64,000 nucleotides of DNA from Ptychomitrium polyphyllum (taxonomy: Eukaryota): the NCBI GenBank assembly GCA_973851085.1, contig OZ316776.1, positions 12,276,001-12,340,000 of the forward strand. Direction: 5' to 3'. Made by a program: the position numbers and the translations under genes. Positions 11,499 through 23,648 of this stretch are shown here, in pieces. Every line of letters begins with the position of its first letter. The first letter of the stretch is position 1. The notes under the pieces are model-generated. The model ran no database searches, was not told the origin of the DNA, and saw only the letters and a list, made by a program, of their open reading frames with translations.

Positions 11499-14400
11499 CG
11501 CTAAGCAGGCACGCCTCTGATCGGTAGGACCGTAAGCGGTGAAGCTGAAGGATCGGACTGGGGAAGGCGGAATGCGAGCAGGCTGCAGAGATGAGGATAC
11601 GATGAGAGTAACGAAGCAGAGGGGAGCTTATATACTGATTCAGGGGCCGTGCAGCCGGCGCTCTGCAGTAAGCTTCCTGGTCAGGACTTTGACGAAATCG
11701 AGAAGTTGCCCACTATTCCGTTTCCTTGTGGACGTAAAGTTTCGTCGCGTCGATTTCTACTTTCAACCACCAGGTGACGAGGATCCCAAGTCTAGCGGAA
11801 TGGACGGAGAGTGTACTGTTGAAGCTCTGGCAGCTCTTCGAAGGATTATTCATCATGTTAAACCCCTACCACGCTTGTCTTTCGCAGTCAGGCATTATGG
11901 ATATGGTTGACAGTGCCTTGGCCTAGGGCAGCTACAGTATCAAACACGGGCACGAGTTTCCGCGTATTGCAGCAGCAAGCTGGTGCCCAATGTCCACTTG
12001 AGTCAACCCAGATTTTCCGAGTCCGATCCAGTCGTTTTAGAAACTGTACCAAAATGTCAACGCTGTAGCTCATGTGCATGCAATCGCTTCCTCAGCTCTA
12101 TGTCGAGACCCGGGCCATAGCCAGTGGATACGCAGCACCGGCCGTATCCACAGAGAGAATTACCTGTCATCGATAATTTGTGGAGGGGTGGTAGATGCAT
12201 GGGTGCGGTTTGGTGGAGGACTTCTTCATGATCGATTTTGTGGATATTGGAATTGTTGTTTTTCCAGTGGTTCAGCTTTTGTAGTTTTCAGCTGGGTTTA
12301 CCTTTTAAGTTGAGGAGGGTTTGAAGAGAGATTAGACGGGAAAGTTTACTGCTACAGAATACCGTCTGATTGGTAGCGTCCAAGGGGCCCGCTTGTCTGC
12401 ATTCTTCGAGGTCGGCATTGCTGCCCAAGCATCCACTAGGATATGTAGAATCGCAGTGGGTGAGTCCATAAAGTGAGTTTTTATGTTCTGGAAGATCAAA
12501 CTTCTATACGCTGCAGAGATGTGGATAGGTCAACAGGGTTGATCTGGAATCGACGATAGGTTTTGATTCAGGGATCCTTCCCGGCCGGAGTGAGTAACCA
12601 TTGAAGGATTTTCTTAGTAACATTGATTTTAGGTTTCAAATTCAGAATGGGAATAGTCTTAGTGGAACTGGAGTGATGAGATGAAAAGCTTTGGCAAATT
12701 TATTGACGTGTTTTATAAAAAGTCAATTTATTTGCTATTTATATCAGGAGGGATATGAGAAGATATGGGGAAGCTTTGGCATCCAAATTCAGACGCGGAT
12801 CTCCGCGTATTCAAGCTGCTACAGTCGAGCACATCTTTGCTATGCACTGCGTTTAATACCGTTCGAATTTGCCTAGATTTGAGTCCAATAAGATCGTTTT
12901 AGAATCGGACGAAATTGTCATTGCTTTTGCTGATCTGCAGTTTGGTTCCTCTGGAATCAAGAGCACATAATATTTTTGGAAAGTTCTTTGTATGGGTAAT
13001 GGAGTTTGGGTGAGAACCCTGTAGAAGTTTGATGAATTTGCTCCGTGAGTTGTTACAGCTTTTTGTTTATACCCATAGCCTGTTACAACGTACACAACAC
13101 CAGCCAAAACATCTACAAGGATCATCCGATCAATTTATTGTAGTTTTACATGCATTGGCACAAGGCAGCAGCAGTGGAACACGGACTTCAATGTTCGTAC
13201 TACTCCTCCCTGTGCCTAACTGAGCTCGTCAACCGGGAGCTTCTTGTGAGGTTTTGAAGATGGAAATGCACCCCAACTGTCAATACTACTCCTTAATAAA
13301 TTATATCTATGTAGCTCCAGCCTAAATATTCTGTAAAATTACAACAACTGAGAGTCAAAGGAGACATAAAAGCTATGCTGAGCATTGCATTTGTAAGTTC
13401 ATTTCTTAATCTATGGCACCACGAAGCAAGGTATTCACTTTGAAGAAATTTGTTAGTTATGACTACAAGCCTTTCATTTTCACTTTCGAATTCAATAGAA
13501 TTTAATAAACTACACTTTTTTAATTATAAGTTAGTCAAGTTCTTTTTAATATTTAGTATATAAGAAATTAAACTTAAGAATTAGTATTATAAGGCAACTG
13601 ATTACAATTTAAAAAAATTCTTGTTGGGAATTTTTAAGAAGCACATAATTAGTATCTTTGAAGTTAAAAATTTCTACCAATATTATAGCTATATTATGGC
13701 ACACAAGTACTGCAAGTCATTGTTCTTGTATATATGAAGAATTGGTTTTCAATTTTTTATGAGCCATATTTTTTGCTTATATATACAAGCTTAGTTATCT
13801 CAAAGGCTATACTTTGAAATCTTCAATCTAATTGTTATATTACAAAGCATATAAGATAATATTTGATTAGAAACATTGCCATCAAATGATAAAATAAACA
13901 TGACTTTGCATCCAATTGATGTATTGCAGGCATGACATTCGTAGCTTCTCAAATGATATGTTGTATTGTCAAATTGTCTCAAAGACTACATGATTATGCA
14001 AATAGTCTTTGTTCTTTATTTAAATACATATAAGCTAAAATTGACTAAATATTTACTTTAGAATGCACCAACAATTAATATTAAAAACTTAAAGTCTTAA
14101 ATTTAAATTTTATTTTATTAGACAATATTCCTATCAAAATCAAATAATATAGTAACTATTATGTAAGTAGTCTTTGATATGCAATAATACAATATTGCAT
14201 TAGGTGGTTGTTCCAAGCTAAATACCTTATTTTGACATTCAATGTAGTACTTTTTGAGAAATTGTAATCATTGAGTCACCGACCTTCAAGTATTGAATAA
14301 ATTGATTAAACTTTTAATAAAATAAAATAGAAGAATAGTTGATTTAGGCAACAATGGTAATTGTAAAATCTTCTTGCAAAATAATCCAACTAAAGATGGT

Positions 14401-16430
14401 GAAATCAATGTTATGACTCAAATATCATCTTTTTTGATGAAATCTAAGAATATTCTATAATTTTAGTAAAAACAATTGTTTGAACTGTATATCAGATTGA
14501 TTGGCCTTTATGAGGGAAGTCAACCCGAAGCAGCTCATCTTGATGATGCTACCGATTTGGAGCTGAACTGTACTTTGACTACCTAACATTGAGTTGCTCG
14601 AGTATTATACTACTGTTTTGTTCATATCAATGCAAACGATGAGTCTAAATTTAGTGTCGATTTTGTCCATTACCCTGGGCAGTGAATAAGGTTGGATGAC
14701 GTTCTGAAGACATCCAACTAACTTGTCATGTCGTTGACTTGAATGTCGTGGGTCGTGACAGCCTGTTAAGATAAGCAACCAAGTCAACGAGGTTTTCCAT
14801 TTAGAACCATACAGGGGCTTCCTATTACTCGTCCAAGGGTGATGCCTATTCAATGTTGTAGAGCCGTTCAAGAACAGTGAGATATCCACGTGAAGGATGA
14901 CGAACAAACTTCTTTTTCTGACGGTGGCAGGGCGAACTTAAAGGAAGTATGCGAACTTGGATTCCATATTGGACTCAAATTGCAGTCTCTTACCAACTCA
15001 ACGTGAATCGATTTACTGTCAGATTGGTCGTCGAGGTAGATCAAGGAGATAAGGGCCACCCTCCATTATTGGTACTAGGCAGAAGCGAGGGTCCAGCTGT
15101 AGTTCATCGGTCCATATTTATCCCCATCTTTCCCCAGCTTCAGAGTACCAGTAATTCTCATCTAAACATTTTATACTGAAAATATCTGTCTAGTCAGACA
15201 TCCAGGCTCCAGTGTATACTTTCACGATCGCCGAGGCTGGATTTACCGGAGGTATCAAGGTTTGGAACTAAGTTTGATTGAATCACTGAGATCCACTCAA
15301 TGGTGCTGCGCCAGATTTCTCAGCTATGCCTTGTGCTACGACATGAGTGTAGTGATACTGTAAACGATGTACAAACCATTGCGGGGGAACCATTTGAATT
15401 GAACACGGCTTGTCGAAGACATAGCAATAATGCAGGGTAGGACTCGGGCAGGAGTCCAGCTGGCCAAACAGCGCTCACAACCCTGGTAAGTGAAGTAATC
15501 TTCGTGCTGTGGAACATAGCCTGATAGTAATTTGGAGCTGAGCTTATCTGAAGACCAAATGCTTCCTAGACGCACTCCAGGTGGTCATCAATCAAACTGC
15601 ATCGCATCGCCGCAGTATAAGTAAATAGCTTCATCAAATTTCGCAGTGCCTTCTTACTCAATTATAACAAACGTAAATTTGTAGGTCATCGACATTTTCA
15701 TCAAACTTACGACAACACCTAACTCTTGCCTAGTGATCTACAAATTTACCAGCAGTATGAGAACCACGAGGCAATAACTGCAACAATAAGAGTGCAGGCT
15801 TGTAGAGACACTGTAGGATTGACAATTTAGTACAGTCTCTGTAACAACAATCACAAAAACCTCGGTTGACCCAAGAGGGCACCTAGCATGAGTAGGTACT
15901 ACAGGGAGCAGCTGCAATATGCGGAGATCCGTACCTGCATTTGAATATACTTGAGAAAGCATAACAATTTCACCATTCATAAATGTGATTCAAAAATCAC
16001 ATTGAGACATTTAAATTATCAACTTCAGGGGATTACCAAGTGCAAGGGCTTCTGCACCAGTGTATTGTACGTGATGAAGTTTTCTTTGGCTATTTCCTGC
16101 GTCAAAATGAAAGTAGCTGCAAAAGCACTTTCAAGTAACAACTCACCAAAAGGCCACAACCTTCAAACGAAGGATCCTCATCACTTGACGACGTTGCCAC
16201 AAACCGGAGTGAAAACCAAAGATATAAATTCACAATCGAATAACACTTAAAGTAAATACGATACATACTATCGTCCTGCACAGCCGTTCCATAAATACAT
16301 AAGGTCGACTTCGCTTCAACCCAGTCACTGAAACCTCATCTAGGCAGCATACTCTTGGTCCATCACCTCGACTTACCAGCCTCTTGAGCTACAGCAGTTA
16401 CAGCCCAAAGGTCCTGCAGATTCCTCAGCG

Positions 16431-17272
16431 ATGGCGACCTCCCACCAAACAATACACGCAGGCCTCATGTTGGCTGCCGCATTCGCAGTGCTCTTCATAC
16501 GTAACATTCCAACAGTATTCATCCAGTTTGTTCAAATCCAATGGTGTGTTGACTTCTTCAGAACACTCGTTCACAAGAAAGCAACTGCAAGAAGAAGCCA
16601 AAATCTTCTCTCGAAGATACTGAACACGTAGGCCAATACTACTCCACCCCCGCCATTTCAAAAAAAACTGACACTCTTAGTCAACTCAAAACTGGATACA
16701 CTGATCCAAATCGTAAATACAACTGACATTCAATTGACATCTGCAAACCGTAATGATCAACAGACCTTCCAAAAAAACTAAAGCAACCGCATCACATCAT
16801 CTCCTGTCCATTCAGGTAATAATGACACTTACGCAAACGTAGTTGCAACTGCAGGCAGCGCGGACGCGTGGACGTCGTGCCCGGCGGAGTACAAGGACTG
16901 CAACTCCTACCGGCCCGGCTGTGAGACCTGCGTCAAGACCGACGTGAACAACTGCGGCGACTGCGGCAAGAAGTGCAAGCCCCTCCCCTACACCACCGTC
17001 AAAGTGTAACGACGGGCACTGCGACTACACCTGCAAGCCCGGGTGGGCCAACTGCGACGGCAACCTCTGGAGCAACGGCTGCGAGAAGGACGTGGGCAAG
17101 GACATCTACAACTGCGGCGGCTGCCACATCAAGTGCCCCGTCACGCTCAAGGGCGGCGAGGCCACCTGCAGGTGATCATCTCACACGCAGTTTGCAGTGC
17201 TTCGATTCGCAGAACCCGTTGAACGTAATGCATGTGATCTGGTCCGTTTCCCGTTGTATGCATGCATGCATG

Positions 17273-17370
<98 letters not shown>

Positions 17371-17535
17371 GATATACATCGATCGATTGTGGAGCTGCGA
17401 AACAGTCGATGTGCTGATGTTACCGTTGCTGTTCAATCTGTTGTCGGCCATGGCAGCAAGGGCAAGTGCGGGCAGCAGTGCAAGAAGGGCACGAAGTTCG
17501 ACAAGGCCACCAAGTGCTGCGTCCGCAGCTACTGA
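16431..17535 (+). pseudogene. Inverted paralog of the Cys-rich repeat gene, frameshifted and missing one module
   Basis: Exons: 16431-16500 (MATSHQTIHAGLMLAAAFAVLFI), 16855-17171 and 17457-17535. An extra A at ~17001-17003 (GTCAAAGTGTAA versus GTCAAGTGTAAC) gives an immediate TAA. Exon 2 also lacks 162 nt, exactly one 54-aa module. Confidence 0.85.
17275..17368. repeat. (TG)47 microsatellite in intron 2 of the inverted paralog
   Basis: Read directly; the same site is (TG)14 in the tandem copies. Confidence 0.95.
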
Positions 17536-19857
17536 TGGGCGGCAAGCGCTTCACCTGAAGCGCATTGGCTTGTTGAGAGCCCAGCTCCGATCTAGTCATG
17601 AGACGTACTAGTGAGTGTTTTAGCACGGATGGTTGATGATGTGTAGCTTTTTCTCTGGGACGGTCACCAAGTTAATCAATAATGGAGCCAGAGCTCCGGT
17701 TCTGGGATCACCATGTGGGGAAAAGTTTGCCTTGGGTGGTGCCTGGATAGAGTGCTCTTGGATGCCCGTCGAAAGGATTGGAAGGAGTGATAGTGTGCTA
17801 GAGGTCTGGGTTCCTGCTGTTCCTTCCGGATACTGGTGTGCGGTCTGTTCCGATGGGAACTTCAGATTCTCTTATGTATTGTGGAAGAGTATGCGGCCTG
17901 TCTCATGGAAATAAAAACCTGGATTTTTAGTGGAAGTTGTTGTTGCTACACGTTGTGACGTCAGAATTCCGATCCATTCACTCGCTGTGTAGATTATTGT
18001 TGAGGTTTATATCCAGCTTGCTCTGACTTTGTCTATCCTGGATTTTTCAGAGGGTGCCATTTAGAGGTGTTTATATCTTCTTGGAGACCTTGTTTTGTTG
18101 TACATTGTTAGAAAGTACATCTTGCTGCAATGGGCATATTTTGCCTGCTCCTGCACCGTAGGGTATTAGTGAGCATATTATGTAGACGCACTTGGTGTCC
18201 GAAAGTTTTCAATTTACCCCACGTTAAACCGCTTAGGAGCGGATCTACTATGGTTTTGCATGAGTAACTTCGTCAAGAGCAGATTGTTATATTGTCACTT
18301 CACGTCAGTGGAGGAGAAATGTACAGGGTGTCGCAGTGGCTATCAGAATTATTTCAGCTCGACTGAAGATTTTCATAAAGATAGAAGTTCATTCAACTAT
18401 TAATAACGTACCTCCTTCAGTAAACCATAGAATTTCACCCTTGGATCAAGAATTGAGTTCTTGTCACCTCGACCTAATCGATCGATGTTCGCCACAAACA
18501 GGGGTCGGTAAATAGCTCCTACGACCGTGGTGCTCAATAGGGCAGTCTCGCAGGATCTGCGTCCTTTATGTTAGCATGAAATATCACGTGCGAGCTCATG
18601 GGAGGGATCTACCACAGCACCATTTTAAGCTATTTTTTGCGAGATCTGGAGCTTTGGCTCTGCCGAATCGACCATACTTGCAGGTTTGTGTGATATAATC
18701 AGTAGGTTTAAGAAGGCATGTGAGCTGGGGTTGAAGACTCCGGCGATAGCAGATGAATATGCCCTGGTCAGACAATTTTTAGCTCTGTTTTAAAACCCGG
18801 TTGTTTGCTTTTGGTTTTTTGAACTTCGTGTGTTTGCTGGAGGTGCCCTCATCGCGCAGTTGTATGTATGTCGGTAGTCACACACAACCCAATTTTTTTC
18901 CTGAAATTTGTCTGAAATTTGTGGTGACTTGTGCGATTTATTCTCCTTCAGGGAGGGGTTGCTGGTCTGAGATTTGTAGAGAGGAGTAGGTTTGTTCAGG
19001 AAAACTATTCATTTTCGATTGGGTTCTGTTCTATGTACATGTATTTGTTGTGCTTCTTGTATTTGTGTTGACTAGGATAATGTGATTTTCATCCTGTTGG
19101 TGTGAACGTTACTTTGGGTCTGGTTGGCTGAGGCATCGTTCTTGTTGTGAGTCAGAGCTGGAGTTCCAAAAGCGTATTTCAAGAGCGCTTCGCTTGAACA
19201 CTCATCTTTTAGATCGACTCTTTGAAAATTTTCGGGGCCAGGGTAATGTAGGGCTGAGGAGAAGGGCGTAGTTTAACCACCGATTCCTGGATTGAGACGA
19301 TGATTTTTTCAATTCGGTATTAGGAGTTTGGGAGCTTTCGTGTTAAACACTCGTTCAAAAAAGGCAGGACAAATTCTGGGTTACCCCCGGATTGCAAATC
19401 GAGTGGCTCATGTGGAGGTTTAAGAGGTAATGTGAAGAGAGTGCTCGACTTCAACTATGGCAGCGACGAACGCATCCGATTGCAACAGGTAGGATAACAT
19501 TAAAATTTGAGCAAAATAACGTCATGAATTTGTTTGCAATACCTGCGGTCCGACGTTGGAGTTATGATCAATCTTGTGATATCCTATATGTGGCCATGAC
19601 AAAATTCAAAATTCTATCAAGATTGTTAGAGTGATATGGTCATTTCTTTTAAGACCTAAAAGCTAAAAGCTTGAAAGGAGTTCACCAGTACTTTAGTTGC
19701 TTTTGTTGTAAAGCTGGAGTTGTGGGAAAACACTCGCAAACTAATTTTGCTTCCAGTTCTGGAGTTTAATTCTTTAACAGAACAGTACTATACATCCCAT
19801 TGTTTTTTGTACGTTTTGGAAGATAGCGAGCAAAAGCTGAATTGCTGATTCAGGACG

Positions 19858-21915
19858 ATGGAGATTGTTAATTGCAAAAACGCAATTTTGGTAGTGGCTC
19901 TGGCATTGCTGCTGAACTACCTCATCCTTCGTCTCCAAAGTCCATCTTCTTCTAAGGATCTATATCGAATACTAGGAGTATCACAAACTGCTGATACGTT
20001 TGAGATCAATGCAGCGTACAATCATTTACATCAACCATTGTTGACCAGCATGAAGATTGAGCCGACTTTCAATACAAAAGAGAAACTTTTCGACATACGG
20101 CATGCATATGACATATTGTCTGATGTGCGGCGGCGAAGGTCCTATGATACCTTTCAAGTCGATGTGCTACAGGGATCGCTTCAAAGAGCGAAGGAGAGGA
20201 TGACTGAAACAGGCAATCTTGAATTTGAATCAGGTTACTCTGTTTTCTGGGAGGTTCAGCCTGAGATTATGTCCTATCCAACACACTACTTGCAATTCCA
20301 CTCCGATTCCCTGTCACTCACGACACAGAATTTCGGCAAGCTCGTTCTGAAAGGTGATCACGTTTGGGTTATACTGCTCTACTCCGAGACCAGCATGGAT
20401 ACTCACGACCTGACAATGAATTGGAGTGTGGTTGCTGAGATATTGACTGGCGTTGCAAAAGTTGGGCATGTTGAGATTGGGGATCTTCCGATGTCAATAT
20501 TACTTGCAGAGAAAACTTCGTTCAGAAAGCAGCCGAGGTTCGTGTCTGGGCTTCCCGAGGTTGTAGTCTTCACATCAAAATGTTCACGGTTTGGCTGTGT
20601 AAAGAGATACAGAGGTTTGAAGACTGCACACGCATTGACGGATTGGATTGCAATAGCCGTTCTGAAGCTTCCACAAATATATTACCTCAGGTCCAAATCT
20701 CTGATGAAAGACGTTCTAAGTCGTGCACCTGACCCCCACAAGGTGAAGGTGCTAGTCTTTTCTGACGATGGAAAATCCAGGGTACCACTCTACATTCGCC
20801 AAGCTGCTAAGAAATACCAAGAACATGCGGAGTTTGCCATGGTTGTGTGGAAGGGGCACGAAGCAGCATTTCAGGAGTTTTTGAAAGACCCAGATTTGGA
20901 GATGCCCCGTTTGGTGTTTGTGAAAGACCCTGGATTGAAACCTGTGATATATTATGGTGCTTTGAACATCTCAGATTTGAAAAGATTAATGGAAGAGCAC
21001 AAGTCCTTTGTGTTGCCCCAATTGCGAAGTATCTCCGCTGAAGCTTTAGGTTGTGATGCAAGAGGAAACTCTTTGGCTGGCAAAGACATAACAACATGGT
21101 ATTGTGTTATAGTGGCCGGTAGAACAAGTCGACTGCTAAGTGAAATGCGTGGGGTCATGCGAGGCGTGCTTCAAAACTTGACGGAGGGAGCAGAGCTGGT
21201 CTCTGATATAACTGATGTACCCCAACATTTGCTTGCAGCTGAGACTCTGAGTTCTCGACGCTTGAGTCTCTCGTGGTTAGACGGTGAGAAGCAGAAGGAT
21301 TTTTGCTACTTTTATCTGCACTCTCCGACGATGTTTGAAGCTTGTGGGCCACGGAGATATGGTGAAGTTGACGATTTGCCAAAAATATTTCTCATACGGT
21401 ATCACCGGAAACTCCTCACTCTTGAAGACCACGAGAGGTTGGAGAAAAGTAAAGCTCTTCGTGCCAACAACATATGGGGATCTCTACTGAGTGAAGACAG
21501 CGAAAATGTGGCTTCTCAGCTTGTCTCCAAGTACAATGGCTCTGCTGAAATAGGTAATGTTGTGCTGTGGATATCACAGATGGTTTATGAAGGTCACAAC
21601 GACGAGCTTCCGGGTTTTAGTGGCAGGGTGCCAGAGCTTGTTCCAGAGAAGGAGGTGTCTTTCTGGACGGAGACTAAGAAGATTGTTGAGAATGGGCAAG
21701 CAAAGGCCGTTCAGAATAGTCAGTGGTTTACCCGGACATTTTCTTGGACTTTCACAATGGATATGAATCTGATTCCCGTGTTGTTTTTCCTGGGCATTTT
21801 CTTCTCCTCACATTTATTCTTGCACCGCCAGAAATTGCATTTCGTTGGCCAAGATGTGTCAGCTGTTGGAGTAGAACAGTCCAGCGGTGGTGTTTCCGAA
21901 GGTAACGCGGGTTGA
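19858..21915 (+). CDS. J-domain (DnaJ-like, no HPD motif) plus thioredoxin-fold membrane protein, DNAJC16/At1g18700-like, 685 aa, single coding exon
   Basis: Uninterrupted 685-aa ORF. It has an N-terminal hydrophobic anchor, J-domain ends KDLYRILGVSQTA...AYDILSDVRRRRSYD, a thioredoxin-like segment (LTTQNFGKLVLKGDHVWVILLY...VAKVGHVE) and a C-terminal hydrophobic stretch (LIPVLFFLGIFF). The family assignment is from motif recognition only. Confidence 0.85.
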   Translation: MEIVNCKNAILVVALALLLNYLILRLQSPSSSKDLYRILGVSQTADTFEINAAYNHLHQPLLTSMKIEPTFNTKEKLFDIRHAYDILSDVRRRRSYDTFQVDVLQGSLQRAKERMTETGNLEFESGYSVFWEVQPEIMSYPTHYLQFHSDSLSLTTQNFGKLVLKGDHVWVILLYSETSMDTHDLTMNWSVVAEILTGVAKVGHVEIGDLPMSILLAEKTSFRKQPRFVSGLPEVVVFTSKCSRFGCVKRYRGLKTAHALTDWIAIAVLKLPQIYYLRSKSLMKDVLSRAPDPHKVKVLVFSDDGKSRVPLYIRQAAKKYQEHAEFAMVVWKGHEAAFQEFLKDPDLEMPRLVFVKDPGLKPVIYYGALNISDLKRLMEEHKSFVLPQLRSISAEALGCDARGNSLAGKDITTWYCVIVAGRTSRLLSEMRGVMRGVLQNLTEGAELVSDITDVPQHLLAAETLSSRRLSLSWLDGEKQKDFCYFYLHSPTMFEACGPRRYGEVDDLPKIFLIRYHRKLLTLEDHERLEKSKALRANNIWGSLLSEDSENVASQLVSKYNGSAEIGNVVLWISQMVYEGHNDELPGFSGRVPELVPEKEVSFWTETKKIVENGQAKAVQNSQWFTRTFSWTFTMDMNLIPVLFFLGIFFSSHLFLHRQKLHFVGQDVSAVGVEQSSGGVSEGNAG

Positions 21916-23146
21916 AGAATGGGAAGTTTAAGCTTATAAATTGATCAACTTTTGTTAACATCTAGTTCGATCAGCTTAATGATAAGCAATTTGTTTAAAG
22001 ATTTAAGGTAATTAGGGCTCACTTTTTTTGAAAAATCTTAGAATTCAAATAAAACTTACTATGATTTGCTGAAGACGCTAGTGTTTTCCAGTTCTTTTTC
22101 ACAAAAGTCTTAGCAGAAATGAAAAGATGTGAATTTCAATGAGTTGCCCAATCACATTGTTAAGGCAGAATCAAGACCGGCACACTGAATACTCTTGGGT
22201 GTCATGCCATGGCTTCCTTTCTTGGGAATTGGTGGATTGAATCTGTTCAGCGAGCTGGCCTTGGAGTTTTTTAAGTGTAAGAGTTTATGAGTTCAACTAT
22301 TCAGTGACGGAGGTCTAAGACTGTCAAAGTTTAAGCTGAACGACTCTGAGGTTTAGCTTATTAGTCTTGATGGAAAAGAGACGTGTCACTAGCTCATGTC
22401 CATGCCTGTGCAGAATTTGATTGTACCTATAAGGGTTTAGGGCAGATATTATAGCCTCGTCCCTCTCCATGATTCCGTGTCAAAGCTTAGGATACAGTTG
22501 GCAACAACAATCACAACATGCCATCCAAGTACAAAAAATGGCAGTTCAACGAGGTTCTGGAGATTTGGAGCTAAACGAAGAAACCTGGCGCAAGGAAAGA
22601 AGAACCGCAACCCATATAGAGACTCCTGAATCTATTCGCTCATGCTTTGGACAACTTGAACTCAGAAAGATCGATGTCGAATATAATTCCGAGTTTTTGG
22701 GTAAGTCTCACATGGAATCTCTACGATAGATTGCCTTTCAATGTTGCGAAATCAACAATGTTAAGTGACAAAGCCTCTTTTCAGTCCTTCTGGTGCGTAA
22801 ATTTCACAAGGCACTTGCACTTAACACAAGTCTCTAGTGTACTGAAATGGAGTATTTTGTGCATTTCTCTTCGAAAATAATTCTATGGTTCTCTTGGAGA
22901 ATGTATAAACTAACGTTGTCTAAATCTTTCAACACTCCTAGCACTAACACCGATACTGTTATTGCTTGAATTGACTTCTAAAGCAAGTTAGAGGATTCAA
23001 TGGCGGGTTTGATCGGGACGAGCGGTACAGCAAAAGACTGGGAGAGATTTGGCTATACCGCCGCAGTTTCAAAGGTGGTCGTGATTCTTCTCACGGAGCT
23101 CGTGTTTGATGCGCGGGTTCAAGCTCAGCAATGGTATGGATCATAA

Positions 23147-23242
23147 TTTGACTCGTATGAGTTCATTCCGTTTGACGTGGGACGGCGGATGTGTTCAGGC
23201 TATAATCTGGCCAACACACTTATACACTTTATGCAGAGGTAG
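23147..23242 (+). pseudogene. Cytochrome P450 heme-binding-motif fragment
   Basis: Hand translation FDSYEFIPFDVGRRMCSGYNLANTLIHFMQR* matches FxxGxRxCxG. It is flanked by stops and absent from the ORF track. Confidence 0.8.
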
Positions 23243-23648
23243 CTTGAGTGTCAACATGTGAACGATTTAGTACTTTAGGATGCCTTAAAACAAGCATAGT
23301 CCCTTCAAAACAACTAAAACATGCATTTTGGATCACATGTTTTGTGACTACTGTCGTAATAAGAAACATCAGTTTTATTATGGTATATATTAATTTTATA
23401 TATTGTGTTTCTTACATACGCTAATTACCAACTCGGCATCTTCTCGAACACCTACAGGCTTGCTTTCTTTCTGCTCAGCACGCTAGTACTGCAAGCCCAT
23501 ATCCATGCAGATGCCACCGCGCCGTTGGCTTCATTGAGTGAGTGCACACCGTAGTGCACCAAAGGCTCATTAGGTGTGACAAGAGAAGAAGAGGACAAGT
23601 ATGAAAAGCATACTTTACGTCTTGTACTACCACGTCTACACAGCAGGG

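Larger units (their letters stand above)
1..12203. repeat. Tandem segmental duplication, 5,747-bp unit, at least 2.1 copies, continuing past the left window edge
   Basis: The sequence at position 1 recurs at 5748 and 11495. ORF-track entries recur identically at +5747 (45/5792/11539; 4895/10642). Identity ends after ...GTAGATGCATGGG at 12203 (= unit position 709). Confidence 0.97.

Noticed and set aside
12204..13300. Possible retroelement remnant next to the array breakpoint
   Set aside because: There are fragmentary minus-strand frames but no RT, endonuclease, integrase or LTR motif that I can recognise.
16973..17611. ORFs containing (CV)n or (TH)n runs
   Set aside because: They are translations of the intronic (TG)47 microsatellite.
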